From Spirochaetia bacterium (GTDB taxonomy: Bacteria > Spirochaetota > Spirochaetia > SZUA-6 > Bin103): a DNA stretch of 64,000 nt. The notes beneath the pieces are model-generated. The model saw only the letters and a list, made by a program, of their open reading frames with translations, was not told the DNA's origin and did not search any database. Both the position numbers and the translations under genes were made by a program. The stretch spans positions 1,760,001-1,824,000 of the forward strand of contig CBDBDQ010000005.1 of the NCBI GenBank assembly GCA_965203905.1. Direction: 5' to 3'. Shown piece by piece: positions 9,575 through 19,454 of the stretch (positions are counted from its first letter, which is position 1; the number at the start of each line of letters is the position of its first letter).

Positions 9575-10543
9575 ATGAAAATCGATGCACAGGCATCGTC
9601 CGCCGGATTGCGCCAGACTCCTGACGCCGGGACGGAACGGGCCACCGGCGGCGCCGATACCCGCATCGCCTCCTATCTCTACGCAGCTCGCTACCGTTAT
9701 TCCGATTCCGTCCTGCACAACGACAACCAGCTTCGCATCTTCCCGCTGACCGACTCCGGTCAGGAGCCGGTGGACCTGCAACTCTGGACCCGCCCGCATG
9801 GCAGGGGGGTGGAGTACGTGGACCGTTTCGGCAACCGCGTGCGGCGCGTGCGCATCGTCGCCGCTCACGACAGCCTGGTAGTGGCCAGCGCCGGCCGGGT
9901 GCGGCTGGCCACCGCACGGCCGGAACCGGAGGACGCGGATCTGGAAGAGGTGCGCGCGCTGCCCGAGGCCTTCGAGTACACTTCGCGTTCGGCGCTGGTG
10001 GACCCCGCCGCCGTCTCCGGCCTGGCCGACGAGGTGGCCCCCGCTCCCGACTCGCTGCTCGCTGCGGTCGACGGCGCCGCTGGCTGGGTGCACCGCAATA
10101 TCCGATATCGCCGCGGCACCACCGGTGTGACGACCACCGCCGTCCAGGTGCTGCGGGCGCTGGAAGGCGTGTGCCAGGACAAGGCCCACCTCACCCTGGG
10201 GATGCTGCGGGCGCTGGGCATCCCGAGCCGCTACGTGAGCGGGCTGCTCACCGGTGAGGTGGGCGAGACCCATGCCTGGGTGGAGGTGCGCCACCCGCGC
10301 CGCGGCTGGCTCGCGGTCGATCCCACGCGTGGGATGCTGTGTCCGCCTCCCTGCGACTACATCAAGCTGGCGGTCGGCCGCGACTATGCCGACGTGCCCC
10401 CGGTAGCCGGTTCGTTCCTGTCCCGGGGTGCGGCCAGCGAATGTGCCGCCATCTCGACGGCGAAGCTGGACGCCGCCGGCGCCGCGACGCTCGGCGACGC
10501 CCTGGAGCTGTTGCGGAGCGCCCACGTGGTCAGGCACGCGTAG
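9575..10543 (+). CDS. Transglutaminase-like protein
   Basis: Catalytic triad segments GVCQDKAH, RYVSG, THAWVEV, DPT, GRDYADVPP; GGAG RBS before ATG 9575. Confidence 0.9.
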   Translation: MKIDAQASSAGLRQTPDAGTERATGGADTRIASYLYAARYRYSDSVLHNDNQLRIFPLTDSGQEPVDLQLWTRPHGRGVEYVDRFGNRVRRVRIVAAHDSLVVASAGRVRLATARPEPEDADLEEVRALPEAFEYTSRSALVDPAAVSGLADEVAPAPDSLLAAVDGAAGWVHRNIRYRRGTTGVTTTAVQVLRALEGVCQDKAHLTLGMLRALGIPSRYVSGLLTGEVGETHAWVEVRHPRRGWLAVDPTRGMLCPPPCDYIKLAVGRDYADVPPVAGSFLSRGAASECAAISTAKLDAAGAATLGDALELLRSAHVVRHA

Positions 10544-10545
10544 GC

Positions 10546-11067
10546 ATGGATCCGAGAACCGCCGCCCTGGGGGCCGACCGCTGGCTGACCGACTCCCGAG
10601 TATACAACCTGGTCTGGCTGGGGCGCTGGATCGAACGTGCCCAGAGCGTGGCGCGCCTGCTGCTGTGGTCCGCAAGGCACGATGCAACCAACCGGCTGCA
10701 GGACGTACTCGCCATCGCGTCCGAGATACGCGGCGTCACGGTGGCGGAGAACGAGTCGCCGCTGGAGGCGCTGCTGATTCGCGACAACGGCGCCTCCCTG
10801 CGCGCCTGCCTGGCGGCCGCGCGCTACAATGCCACCCACGTGGCGCCGATCGCGGTGATCCGCAGCATCGGCGCCGCGATCGAGACCTTGGACCACCACG
10901 ATCCACCGCCCGCGACGACGGCGGAGGTGGGCGCACTGATGGAGCGCACCCTGGGCCTGCTGAACGACCTGCATGCGGCGGTGGAGGAGGCCTGGTTCCA
11001 TCCCGAGGTGCCGTCCGAGGAAGAGGTGTATCGGCGCTTCCTTCAACAGCAACAGCAGCAGCAGTAG
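10546..11067 (+). CDS. Alpha-E domain protein with C-terminal Gln7 tail
   Basis: Alpha-E ER motif LVWLGRWIERAQSVARLL; starts 2 bp after the transglutaminase stop; ends QQQQQQQ. Confidence 0.8.
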   Translation: MDPRTAALGADRWLTDSRVYNLVWLGRWIERAQSVARLLLWSARHDATNRLQDVLAIASEIRGVTVAENESPLEALLIRDNGASLRACLAAARYNATHVAPIAVIRSIGAAIETLDHHDPPPATTAEVGALMERTLGLLNDLHAAVEEAWFHPEVPSEEEVYRRFLQQQQQQQ

Positions 11068-11100
11068 CCGGCAGCCGGCGCGGGGCGGACGGTACCCGCC

Positions 11101-13647
11101 TTATCCCTGGAGGAACAGCCCTGGTACGAACCGATGCGGCAGGGCGGGGTGCACCGGCATCACCCGTACCGTGGCCCGCAGCTTGCCGGTGCTGCGGCAG
11201 ACCGCCTGGGCGCGGTAGGTGGCCACCTCACCGCTCTGCTCGACCAGCTCCATCACCGTGCTCTCGCCACCGTCGATGGCGTCGTCGGCGCCGGCCAGCA
11301 AGCCGTGGTAGAGGGCCACCTCCACCGCCGCGGGCTCCAGGCCGCCGAGCCGCACCGAGGCGGTAACGTCGATCCGGTCCCCGACGCGTAACGTCGGCGC
11401 GCTGGCGGTGGTGAGCCGCTCCACGGTGATCCCCTCCCAATGCTGCTCCAGCAGCGCCAGGTAGCGCGCCAGGTCGACCGCTTCGCGCCAGCCGTCAGCG
11501 TGCAGCCGTTGCGCCTGGGCCAGCGCCGGCTCGTAGAAGTTGCGGTGGTACTCGGCGACCATGCGCTGGGCGCTGAAACGCTGGCCCACCTCCTTCATCG
11601 AGCGCCGCATCTTGGCGATCCAGGAGCGCGGCAGGCCGTCGATGCTGCGGTCGTAGAACGCCGGTATCACCATCTGCTCCAGCTCGGCGAAGACCGCGTC
11701 CACCTCCAACTCGTCCTGTACCTCGTGGTCGTCGTAAGTGGTAGTGGAGCCCACCGCCCAGCCGATCTCGGGACGGTACGCCTCGTCCCACCAGCCGTCC
11801 AGCGTGGACACCACCAGCGACCCGTTGACCGCCGCTTTCATGCCGCTGGTGCCGCTGGCCTCGTGCGGCCGGCGCGGGGTGTTGAGCCACACGTCGCAGC
11901 CCGCTACCAGGTAGCGCGCCACGCTGATGTCGTAGTCGTCCAGGAACACCAGTCGGCTGCGCAGGTCGTGGTCGGCGGCGAACTGGATGATGTGGCGGAT
12001 CATCTCCTTGCCCTGGTGGTCGTTGGGGTGGGCCTTGCCGGCGAAGATGATCTGCAGCGGGCGTTCCTGATCGGTCAGCAGGCGCACCAGCCGCTCGGGC
12101 CGGCGGAACAGCAGACCAGCCCGCTTGTAGCCGGCGAAGCGGCGTGCGAAGCCGATGGTGAGCGCGTCCGGGCGCAGTGCCACCTTCGCCGCCTGCAGAT
12201 CGCGATCCGAGGCCCCCTCGTGACGGAGCTGCGCCACGATGCGGCGGCGCGCGAACCAGATCATGCGCTCACGCCGCCGCTCGTGGGTACGCCACAGCTC
12301 TTCGTCGGCGATGTTGTCCACCTGGTCCCAGATTGATACCTCGGGGGCGTGTTTCTCGACCGCGGGCCCCAGGTAGCGCACCAGCAGGTCCTGGATGTCG
12401 TGCGAGATCCAGCTGCGCGGATGCACCCCGTTGGTGACGTGGCGGATCGGCACCTCGGCGACCGGCACTCCAGGCCACAGGCCGCGCCACATGCGCCGCG
12501 ACACCTGGCCGTGCAGGCGGCTGACGCCGTTGCAGTACGCCGCCAGACGCAAGGCCAGCGGCGTGAGGCCGAACTCGCCGTGGTGCTCGCCGTTGTGTAC
12601 GGAACTGCCCAACCCCAGGAACTGATCCTCGCTCAGCCCCAGTTCCGTGCGCATGCTGCGCGCCTGGTCGAGCACCAGCGCGGCGTCGAAGCTCTCGTTG
12701 CCCGCCGGCACCGGGGTATGGGTGGTGAACACCGTCGTGCTCCACACCGCCAGCCGCGCCTCGGCAAAGCTCAGCCCGTGCTCGCTCATCAGGGCCCGCA
12801 CCCGCTCCAGACCCAGGAACGCCGAATGGCCCTCGTTCATGTGGGTAACCGCCAGCGGGATCTGCAGTGCCTGCAGCGCGCGGATGCCGCCGATGCCCAG
12901 CAGCAGTTCCTGGCGCAGACGGGCGCGGCGGTCGGCGACGTACAACTGGCCGGTGATGTGCCGGGTCGAGGGATCGTTGGCCTCCAGATCGGTGTCCAGC
13001 AGGTACAGCGTCACCCTGCCCACCAGCACCCGCCACACCTGGGCGTGCGCCAATTCCTCGCCCAGCTCCACCGCCACCGTCAACGGTGAGCCGTCGGCCC
13101 GGGTGCACAGCTTCAGGGGCAGGTTGTAGAAGTCGTTGGCCGGGTACGATTCCTGCTGTTGTCCGTCCATGCCGACGTGCTGGCGGAAGTAGCCGGTGCG
13201 GTACAGCAGTCCCACGCCAACCAGCGGCAGCCCCAGGTCGGAGCAACTCTTGAGGTGATCGCCGGAGAGCACTCCGAGACCACCCGAGTAGATCGGCAGG
13301 GCGACGTCGAGGCCGAACTCCATGGAGAAGTAGGCCACCACGCCGTCGCGCGGGCCGCGGTACCAGGACTCGGCTTCCAGGTAGGCGCGGTAAGTGGCGT
13401 AGACGCGGTCCATGTGCGCCAGGAACGCCTCATCCCGCGCCAGTTGCTGCAACCGTTCCTGCGCCACCGCGCCCAGCAGCAGAACGGGAGTCTGGCGGGT
13501 TTCGAACCAGAGGTCGTTGTCGATGCGCATGAACAGACGAATGGCGTCGAAGTGCCAGCTGATCCAGAAGTCGTGGGCCATCTCGGCCAGCGGCGCCAGC
13601 CGCGCGGGAAGGTTCGGTTTGACCGTGAAGGTGAGTTGGTTGGGCAT
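11101..13647 (-). CDS. glgP: Alpha-glucan (glycogen) phosphorylase
   Basis: YFSMEFG, YSGGLGVLSGDHLKS, HMNEGH, FTTHTPVPAG, GFARRFAGYKR, PLP site EASGTSGMKA. Confidence 0.95.
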   Translation of the reverse strand: MPNQLTFTVKPNLPARLAPLAEMAHDFWISWHFDAIRLFMRIDNDLWFETRQTPVLLLGAVAQERLQQLARDEAFLAHMDRVYATYRAYLEAESWYRGPRDGVVAYFSMEFGLDVALPIYSGGLGVLSGDHLKSCSDLGLPLVGVGLLYRTGYFRQHVGMDGQQQESYPANDFYNLPLKLCTRADGSPLTVAVELGEELAHAQVWRVLVGRVTLYLLDTDLEANDPSTRHITGQLYVADRRARLRQELLLGIGGIRALQALQIPLAVTHMNEGHSAFLGLERVRALMSEHGLSFAEARLAVWSTTVFTTHTPVPAGNESFDAALVLDQARSMRTELGLSEDQFLGLGSSVHNGEHHGEFGLTPLALRLAAYCNGVSRLHGQVSRRMWRGLWPGVPVAEVPIRHVTNGVHPRSWISHDIQDLLVRYLGPAVEKHAPEVSIWDQVDNIADEELWRTHERRRERMIWFARRRIVAQLRHEGASDRDLQAAKVALRPDALTIGFARRFAGYKRAGLLFRRPERLVRLLTDQERPLQIIFAGKAHPNDHQGKEMIRHIIQFAADHDLRSRLVFLDDYDISVARYLVAGCDVWLNTPRRPHEASGTSGMKAAVNGSLVVSTLDGWWDEAYRPEIGWAVGSTTTYDDHEVQDELEVDAVFAELEQMVIPAFYDRSIDGLPRSWIAKMRRSMKEVGQRFSAQRMVAEYHRNFYEPALAQAQRLHADGWREAVDLARYLALLEQHWEGITVERLTTASAPTLRVGDRIDVTASVRLGGLEPAAVEVALYHGLLAGADDAIDGGESTVMELVEQSGEVATYRAQAVCRSTGKLRATVRVMPVHPALPHRFVPGLFLQG

Positions 13648-13744
13648 GGTCGTTGGCCACCCGAAGTGTCAGGCTCGGGGTGCGTATTAGTGCCCGGATG
13701 GCCTCCGGCTGTCTACCGCTGCCGGTGACGCCGGCGCGGCGGTG

Positions 13745-16700
13745 TCAGGAAGCGAGATCGGCTGCGGGGATCGTCTCCTGCAACGCGTGCAGCTCTTCCA
13801 GATAGCGCTGCGCCGCGCGGTCCCAGGACACAATGCTGCGGCGAGCGTTGCTGCGCGCCCGCTGGATCTGGCCGGCGCTGGCGTGGCGGAAGAACCAGGT
13901 GCAGCGCTCCATGGCGTCGAGAAACCCGGCGGGACGATAGTCGCCGAACAGCACGCCGCAGCCGCTCACCGTCGAGCCGCGGAGCTGCAGCGGCGTCACG
14001 GTGTCGCGCAGCCCGCCGGTGGCGTGCGCGACCACCAGGCAACCGCAACTCATCGCCTCCAACTGGGAGATGCCCCCCGGCTCGAACTGCGACGGCATCA
14101 GGAACGCGTCGGCGGCCAGCAGCGGCAGGCTGATCTCCTGGTAGCCGATGCGGGTTGAGACCGCCCCGGGGTAGTGCTCCATCAGGGCCCGCATCCCGTC
14201 CGCGAGCTGCTCCGCGCGATGATCGTTGGGCGCGATCGGGCCGCCGATGATCGCCTGCACGCCGAGGTTGCGGAAGATCCCTTCTGACGCCTCCAGCAGA
14301 ATCTGGAACCCCTTCTGATCGCTGACCCGGTGAATCATCACGTAGAGCACCTGGTCGGGGTCCACGACCAGGCCGTACTCGAGCTGCGCCAGCAGCTTGG
14401 TGCGCATCCGCACGACCTGGTCGCGGCGGCCGCGGCTGCGGCAGCGGATGGCACCCGCCTCCGCGGCCAGCAGCTCGGGATAGCGCCGCTCCAGCTTGAC
14501 CCGCAGCTCCGGGTCGCCGGCGATGCGCTCGCGCAGCCGCGGGTACTGTTGTTGCTCCAGCCCCGAGCGGCTGAGCCGCCGCTGCACGCCGCTGCGGAAT
14601 CCCTTGCCGATTCCGTTGTTGATCCCGATGACGTCGTGCAACAGCGGTTCCAGGCCGTCGCAGTGCTGCTCGATCTGCTCGGCGTAGGAGGGACTCACGG
14701 TGAAGACCCGGTCGGCAAAGCGGATTCCGGCGGCCATCAGGTTGAACAGCCGCTCGTCGCGCGGGTCGGTGAACTGCGCCGCACGGTGTTCCGGCAGGTT
14801 GAACAGGGCGAACAGATCGACGCCATCCTCGTAGCGGTCGTAGCAGTCGAAATACTGCCAGCCGCCGTTGTGGATGATGTGCACGAAGCTGGTGCGGGCG
14901 AAGGCGGGACTGTCGGCGTAGTAGGGGTCGGCGCGCACGATGCCGCTGATCAGGGCAGCCGCGGCATCGTTGGTCGCCACTGCCAGCGGGTGGAGCTGAA
15001 AGCTGGCGATCACCTCGGCGGCGGCGCGCGCCAGGGCGATGCGGCGGCGGATGCGCTCGTTGGAGCGGTAGCCCCAGTACAGCCCGTCGAACAGCTCGTG
15101 GTGGTCGAGCAGGTAGTAGGTCACGCCGTCGACCACCCCGCCGTGGACTCCGATCGCGTAGTGCTCGCCGCCGACCTGGAACTGGACGTTGACCCCGGTG
15201 TAGGTCACGCCGAAGCGCTCGATCGCGGCTTCCATCTTGCTGACGGCATGCGCCTCGCCGCTGCGGTACAGGGGGGTGATGACGCACAGCCGCTCACCGA
15301 GGCCGGCCAGCTCCCGCGGCAGCTCGCAGGTGACGTTGGCCAGGCCGCCGCTCTTGGAGAACGGCTCTGCCTCGGCGGTCACGAACACGACCGTCCGGCT
15401 GCGAAGCTGGGCCAGCGCCTGCTCCAGCACCCGGTCGCGGCGCGTGCGTCCGCGCTGCACGGCGCCACGCAGGCGGTCCAACCCGGCGCCGGGTGGCAGT
15501 ACGCCGTCCCGGTGGGCGTGATACAGCACCCGTTTGAGCCCCAGCGCCACGCCCGCGTCGGCGGCCGCATCGTACAGCGGCAGCAACACCTCATCCAGGA
15601 ACCGCAGCAACCCGGCTTCGCCGCCGGCCGCGGCCGCCACCAGCTCCCCGTAGGCGAACGACGCCGCGACCTGCTCGCGCGACGCCGCAGCCAGCAGGCG
15701 GTCGAACGAATCGCGCAGCAGCGGGCCGTAGGCGGCGGCGTCGCCGGCCAGATCGATGCGCAGCAGCTTGACCCGTTGCCGGTAGCTCACCGACGTGGTG
15801 AGCGCTGACACGCGCAACTCGCGGCCGGTGAAGTAGCCGTAGCGCTGAGTCACCGGCGAGTAGGTGGGGTCCGCCACCACGTACCGGGCCCGCGGATCGA
15901 TCGCCGCGGCCGAGCGCAGGTCCACGCTCACGGCGGCGCTGTCCGTGGCAAAGCTGCACACCGCCAGCCACAGGCCCTCCGGGCCGGGTTTGATGGCGGC
16001 CGCCACCTGGTGGTGGTCGGTCGGCAGCAGGGTGCCGCGGCCGGGATTGCGCCGGTGGAAGGCGTACACCTCGCGGAACACTCCCTCCACGCTGCGGTCC
16101 GCCGCGCTGTCGAATCGGTTCCAGTCGACGTAGATATTGTCCGGGAACACCTTCCAGGCTTCGCCTTGCGCGTTGCCCTCGTAGTCCAGCAGCAGGTTGA
16201 CCAGGAACGACGTCAGCGTCAGCACCGGCCGCAGGTTGTCACGGCCGAAGGTGTTCACCGGTCGCCGCTCGTCGTGGTTGCCGAACATCCCCACCAGCTC
16301 GGCGCCCGGCGGCAGCGCGCGCCGGTAGTGCTGTTGGTACAGGTGATAGATCTCGCTGACCGGCGAGGTGCCCTGGGCGACCCGCTCGCAGATCTTGAAC
16401 AGCGCGGAGTCGTAGGGGACGATGCCGACCCGGCTGAGGTACTGTTCGCGCCCCCAGTAGGACTCCGCCAGGTGGAGCGAGAACCGCTTGCCCGCGCCGC
16501 GGGCGCTGCGCTCCAGCTCCCGCATCAGCAGGTAGTGCAGCGGACTGGCGATCAGGTCGTGGCACGCCGAGTCGAAGAACCCGGTGGTGATTAAGTGGTC
16601 GTCCTCGCGCTCGTTGACCACGATGGTGCCCTCTACCTGGTCCTCGTCCGAGCGCCTGCCGGTGGCAAGCACCGGAGCGTTGTTGCGCTTCATCATGATC

Positions 16701-18628
16701 GGCAGGGCGTGGGCGATGTCGCAGCGCACCCCGTCCACGTCGAATCGCTCCAGCAACGTGCGCAGAGCCTCGGCCAGCCATTCCCACACCGCCAGGCGGC
16801 GGTAGTTGAGCAGCACGCCGTCGTTCCAGCTTCCGTAGCGGCCGTCGGTGGAGGCGCGCGGCACCAGGTTGCCGGCGTCATCGAAGCACTGCACCAGCAG
16901 CGACGCGGGTACGTCGTGGACGCGGCGGTTGAGGTGCGGGATCAGATCCACCAGCACCTTCATCTCCAGCTCGTGGGCGGCGTCCACCAGGGCGCGCAGG
17001 CCGTCGTTGCCGCCCAGGCTCGGCTCCATCTCCACCAGGCTCTCCGGTGCGAACGGCGACGGCGAAGTGGCGTGGCGCGACCAGTCCTCGCGGTTGCTGC
17101 CGCGCTTCTGGACTCCCAGGAGATAGATGGCGGTGTAGCCGTAGGTCCGTTTCAGTTGCGGCAGGTGGGCGGCGATGTCGGCGAACGTGCCGAGGCGAAT
17201 CACCTGGCCGTGCTCGTTGTACACCAGGCCGGGGTGCTCGCCGTCGCTCCACCAGGCCCGCGTATGCCCGTGTATGTCGGGGAAGATCTGCAGCACCAGC
17301 TCGCCGCGCAGGTCGGGGATCACATTGACGCGCCCGCTGCAGGAAGCGTCTGCTACCCATTGGCGGCGCCCGCTGGGGAGTACCCGCGTCACGCAGAAGT
17401 CGTAATGGCCCAGCTCCTCGAACCGGTACTCCGCCACCAGGGGCGCGCCGGAAGCGTGGCGCGTCAGATCCAGCTCGGTGTAGTCGAGGTCGCTCTCGGC
17501 GGGATAGCGATCGAGGCGGTGGCCGTGGTAGATGTGCAGGCGGTAGCTGCCGCGGCGCGGCGGCAAGTCGAAGGAGAAGCGGTGAGCGGCGCCGCGCACC
17601 AGGGTGCGAAAGGTGCGCGCCAGGGGCGCGTCGAACTCCTTGGGCGCCAGCATCCGCTCCAACAGCAGGTTGGCGTGGTTGCGCACCTCGTGCAGGTCGT
17701 GGCCGGAGGCCGCCACCAACAGGCGCATCACCTCGCGGCGTGCCGTCTCGTCGCCGTACGCCTTGGCACGTTGGGCAAGGCGTTCAATGCGGCGCATGGC
17801 GGAGACGCAGACGGCCTCGTCGAAGTCCAGCGGAGCGTCGGCGCGGCGCGCGTTCAGTTGCCCCAACAGGGTTTGCCGCCGTGCGGCGGAGACCCGCACC
17901 GGAGTGCGCGGCGGCGCCGCCCGCTCCGCCGGCGCCAGTCCTGGGGTGGGCTCGCGCAAGGCGTGGAACAGGGCTTCCAGGATGGCGCGTTGCGGCGCCT
18001 CGAGCGTCTCCAGATGGGAGTAGCCGGTCTCGATCGCCCGCTCCTCCAGGCGCAGCAGGAGGGGCAGGGCGGCCGGCAGGGCGCCACCACTGCTGCGCTG
18101 CTCGGCAGCCAGGACATCGAACAGCCGCAGTCCGAGATAGATGGAGGGGGCACGCGCCGCGATCGGTCCCGGGCCCACCCGCGCCACCACCGCGGCGGCT
18201 TCCGCTTCGTAGAGGCAGGTGGCGCCGGGCCGCTCGCGGATCAACACGATGCGGCGGCCGGCCAGAGCCTCGTGGGTTGCGGCGCCGGCGAGGGCGAGTG
18301 CCTCGTGAATCAGCCGTACCGCGGTGCCGAGCCGCTGCATCAGGCGCTCGTCGCGGCGCAGGCGTTCTCCCGCCGCCGCACTCTCCTGCGCCGCCGCCAC
18401 CACCGCCGCATCGCGTGCTGCGGCCGCCAGGCGCCGGCGCTCCAGCGAATCGGCCGCCGCCCACTCCGGGCGCGGCGTGAACGCAAACGCGCGCTGCTCG
18501 GCGAATGCTCCTCGGATCGCCTCGCGGACCGCCTCTTCGTCGACCTCCGCCACCGTGAGCGGCGCCGTCAGGCAGGGTCCGAAGCCGACGCTCGTCGCCG
18601 GTGGGGAGGTGTCGTCGCTCAGCATCAT
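13745..18628 (-). CDS. ~1630-aa fusion: unknown N-terminal region + GH13 alpha-amylase domain + GT5 glycogen/starch synthase
   Basis: GH13 regions VLVDLIPHL, DGVRCDIAH, LAESYW, GNHDE; GT5 motifs EAEPFSKSGGLANV, GINNG, HRVSDQKG, PSQFEPGGISQLEAM, ATGGLRDTV. Start ATG 18628 forms an ATGA overlap with the upstream stop. Confidence 0.85.
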   Translation of the reverse strand: MMLSDDTSPPATSVGFGPCLTAPLTVAEVDEEAVREAIRGAFAEQRAFAFTPRPEWAAADSLERRRLAAAARDAAVVAAAQESAAAGERLRRDERLMQRLGTAVRLIHEALALAGAATHEALAGRRIVLIRERPGATCLYEAEAAAVVARVGPGPIAARAPSIYLGLRLFDVLAAEQRSSGGALPAALPLLLRLEERAIETGYSHLETLEAPQRAILEALFHALREPTPGLAPAERAAPPRTPVRVSAARRQTLLGQLNARRADAPLDFDEAVCVSAMRRIERLAQRAKAYGDETARREVMRLLVAASGHDLHEVRNHANLLLERMLAPKEFDAPLARTFRTLVRGAAHRFSFDLPPRRGSYRLHIYHGHRLDRYPAESDLDYTELDLTRHASGAPLVAEYRFEELGHYDFCVTRVLPSGRRQWVADASCSGRVNVIPDLRGELVLQIFPDIHGHTRAWWSDGEHPGLVYNEHGQVIRLGTFADIAAHLPQLKRTYGYTAIYLLGVQKRGSNREDWSRHATSPSPFAPESLVEMEPSLGGNDGLRALVDAAHELEMKVLVDLIPHLNRRVHDVPASLLVQCFDDAGNLVPRASTDGRYGSWNDGVLLNYRRLAVWEWLAEALRTLLERFDVDGVRCDIAHALPIMMKRNNAPVLATGRRSDEDQVEGTIVVNEREDDHLITTGFFDSACHDLIASPLHYLLMRELERSARGAGKRFSLHLAESYWGREQYLSRVGIVPYDSALFKICERVAQGTSPVSEIYHLYQQHYRRALPPGAELVGMFGNHDERRPVNTFGRDNLRPVLTLTSFLVNLLLDYEGNAQGEAWKVFPDNIYVDWNRFDSAADRSVEGVFREVYAFHRRNPGRGTLLPTDHHQVAAAIKPGPEGLWLAVCSFATDSAAVSVDLRSAAAIDPRARYVVADPTYSPVTQRYGYFTGRELRVSALTTSVSYRQRVKLLRIDLAGDAAAYGPLLRDSFDRLLAAASREQVAASFAYGELVAAAAGGEAGLLRFLDEVLLPLYDAAADAGVALGLKRVLYHAHRDGVLPPGAGLDRLRGAVQRGRTRRDRVLEQALAQLRSRTVVFVTAEAEPFSKSGGLANVTCELPRELAGLGERLCVITPLYRSGEAHAVSKMEAAIERFGVTYTGVNVQFQVGGEHYAIGVHGGVVDGVTYYLLDHHELFDGLYWGYRSNERIRRRIALARAAAEVIASFQLHPLAVATNDAAAALISGIVRADPYYADSPAFARTSFVHIIHNGGWQYFDCYDRYEDGVDLFALFNLPEHRAAQFTDPRDERLFNLMAAGIRFADRVFTVSPSYAEQIEQHCDGLEPLLHDVIGINNGIGKGFRSGVQRRLSRSGLEQQQYPRLRERIAGDPELRVKLERRYPELLAAEAGAIRCRSRGRRDQVVRMRTKLLAQLEYGLVVDPDQVLYVMIHRVSDQKGFQILLEASEGIFRNLGVQAIIGGPIAPNDHRAEQLADGMRALMEHYPGAVSTRIGYQEISLPLLAADAFLMPSQFEPGGISQLEAMSCGCLVVAHATGGLRDTVTPLQLRGSTVSGCGVLFGDYRPAGFLDAMERCTWFFRHASAGQIQRARSNARRSIVSWDRAAQRYLEELHALQETIPAADLAS

Positions 18629-19401
18629 CGCCGGCGGGCGTTCTGGCAGCTTACGAAGCTGGCACCGACATCGGGCAACGGAGCCGGCAGCGGCGGCAGC
18701 GCCGTGAGAGGCTCCGGCGAGCGCGCCGGCGCCGACCGGACCCGTGCAGCGAAGTGGTCCAGGGTCTGCAGCAGCGTATCGGCGGTGCTCGAGGTGACGA
18801 CACCGATGAGGCCGAACGGTGGCTGGGGATCGCTCACCACCGCGGCCGTCACCTGCGTCCGACCGCCCGCAAGAGGCGTGAACGTCCAGCGCTCGCGCAG
18901 GCACAGGACGCGTGTGCCCTCGAACCTGGCGGCCAGATGATCGTCCCCCGCCAGGTCCGCGACGGCGCCGCCGGCTGGCAACCGCCACCAGGAGTCGCGG
19001 CTCACCACGACTCGCCGCGTAAACCCTTCGCCGCTGCGCACGTGACGGATCGACTGGTGTGCGGCACCGGCCGGCAGGGACAGTTGCTCGGCACACATCG
19101 CCTGCCACACGGTGCAGCCGGCCGGGTCGCGAAACAAGCCGACCGCCGCATCGACCGTGCCGAACACCCACGTCCGGGCACGCACCAGGCGATAGTCGGT
19201 CCCGGCGATGCCGCAGGACTCCGCTGCCGCCGCACCGCGCTCACCCTCGGGCCGACATCCGTCCGTTTCCGCGACCGCGGCGGTGGTGCCGAGCGTGGCC
19301 AACATCAGGCTGGTGAATGCGGTGAACGTTGCCCGCACCCCCGATCGCGCCGCACGACCGGTACCGCCGCAGGACTGCGCCCCGGCGCCGCGTTGCTTCA
19401 T
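18625..19401 (-). CDS. Probable exported START/SRPBCC-like protein
   Basis: Hydrophobic N-terminal segment; WTFTPLAGGRTQVT..SDP resembles START-domain C-terminal strands; coupled to the downstream fusion gene. Confidence 0.5.
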   Translation of the reverse strand: MKQRGAGAQSCGGTGRAARSGVRATFTAFTSLMLATLGTTAAVAETDGCRPEGERGAAAAESCGIAGTDYRLVRARTWVFGTVDAAVGLFRDPAGCTVWQAMCAEQLSLPAGAAHQSIRHVRSGEGFTRRVVVSRDSWWRLPAGGAVADLAGDDHLAARFEGTRVLCLRERWTFTPLAGGRTQVTAAVVSDPQPPFGLIGVVTSSTADTLLQTLDHFAARVRSAPARSPEPLTALPPLPAPLPDVGASFVSCQNARRR

Positions 19402-19454
19402 GGCGATAACCTAATGCAACGACAGCTCGCCGGACGAGCGGGCTGCGAGACAAA

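Noticed and set aside
18629-19171. N-terminal extension of the 1808-aa ORF
   Set aside because: Overlaps the 18625-19401 gene in another frame; the ATGA coupling supports a start at 18628.
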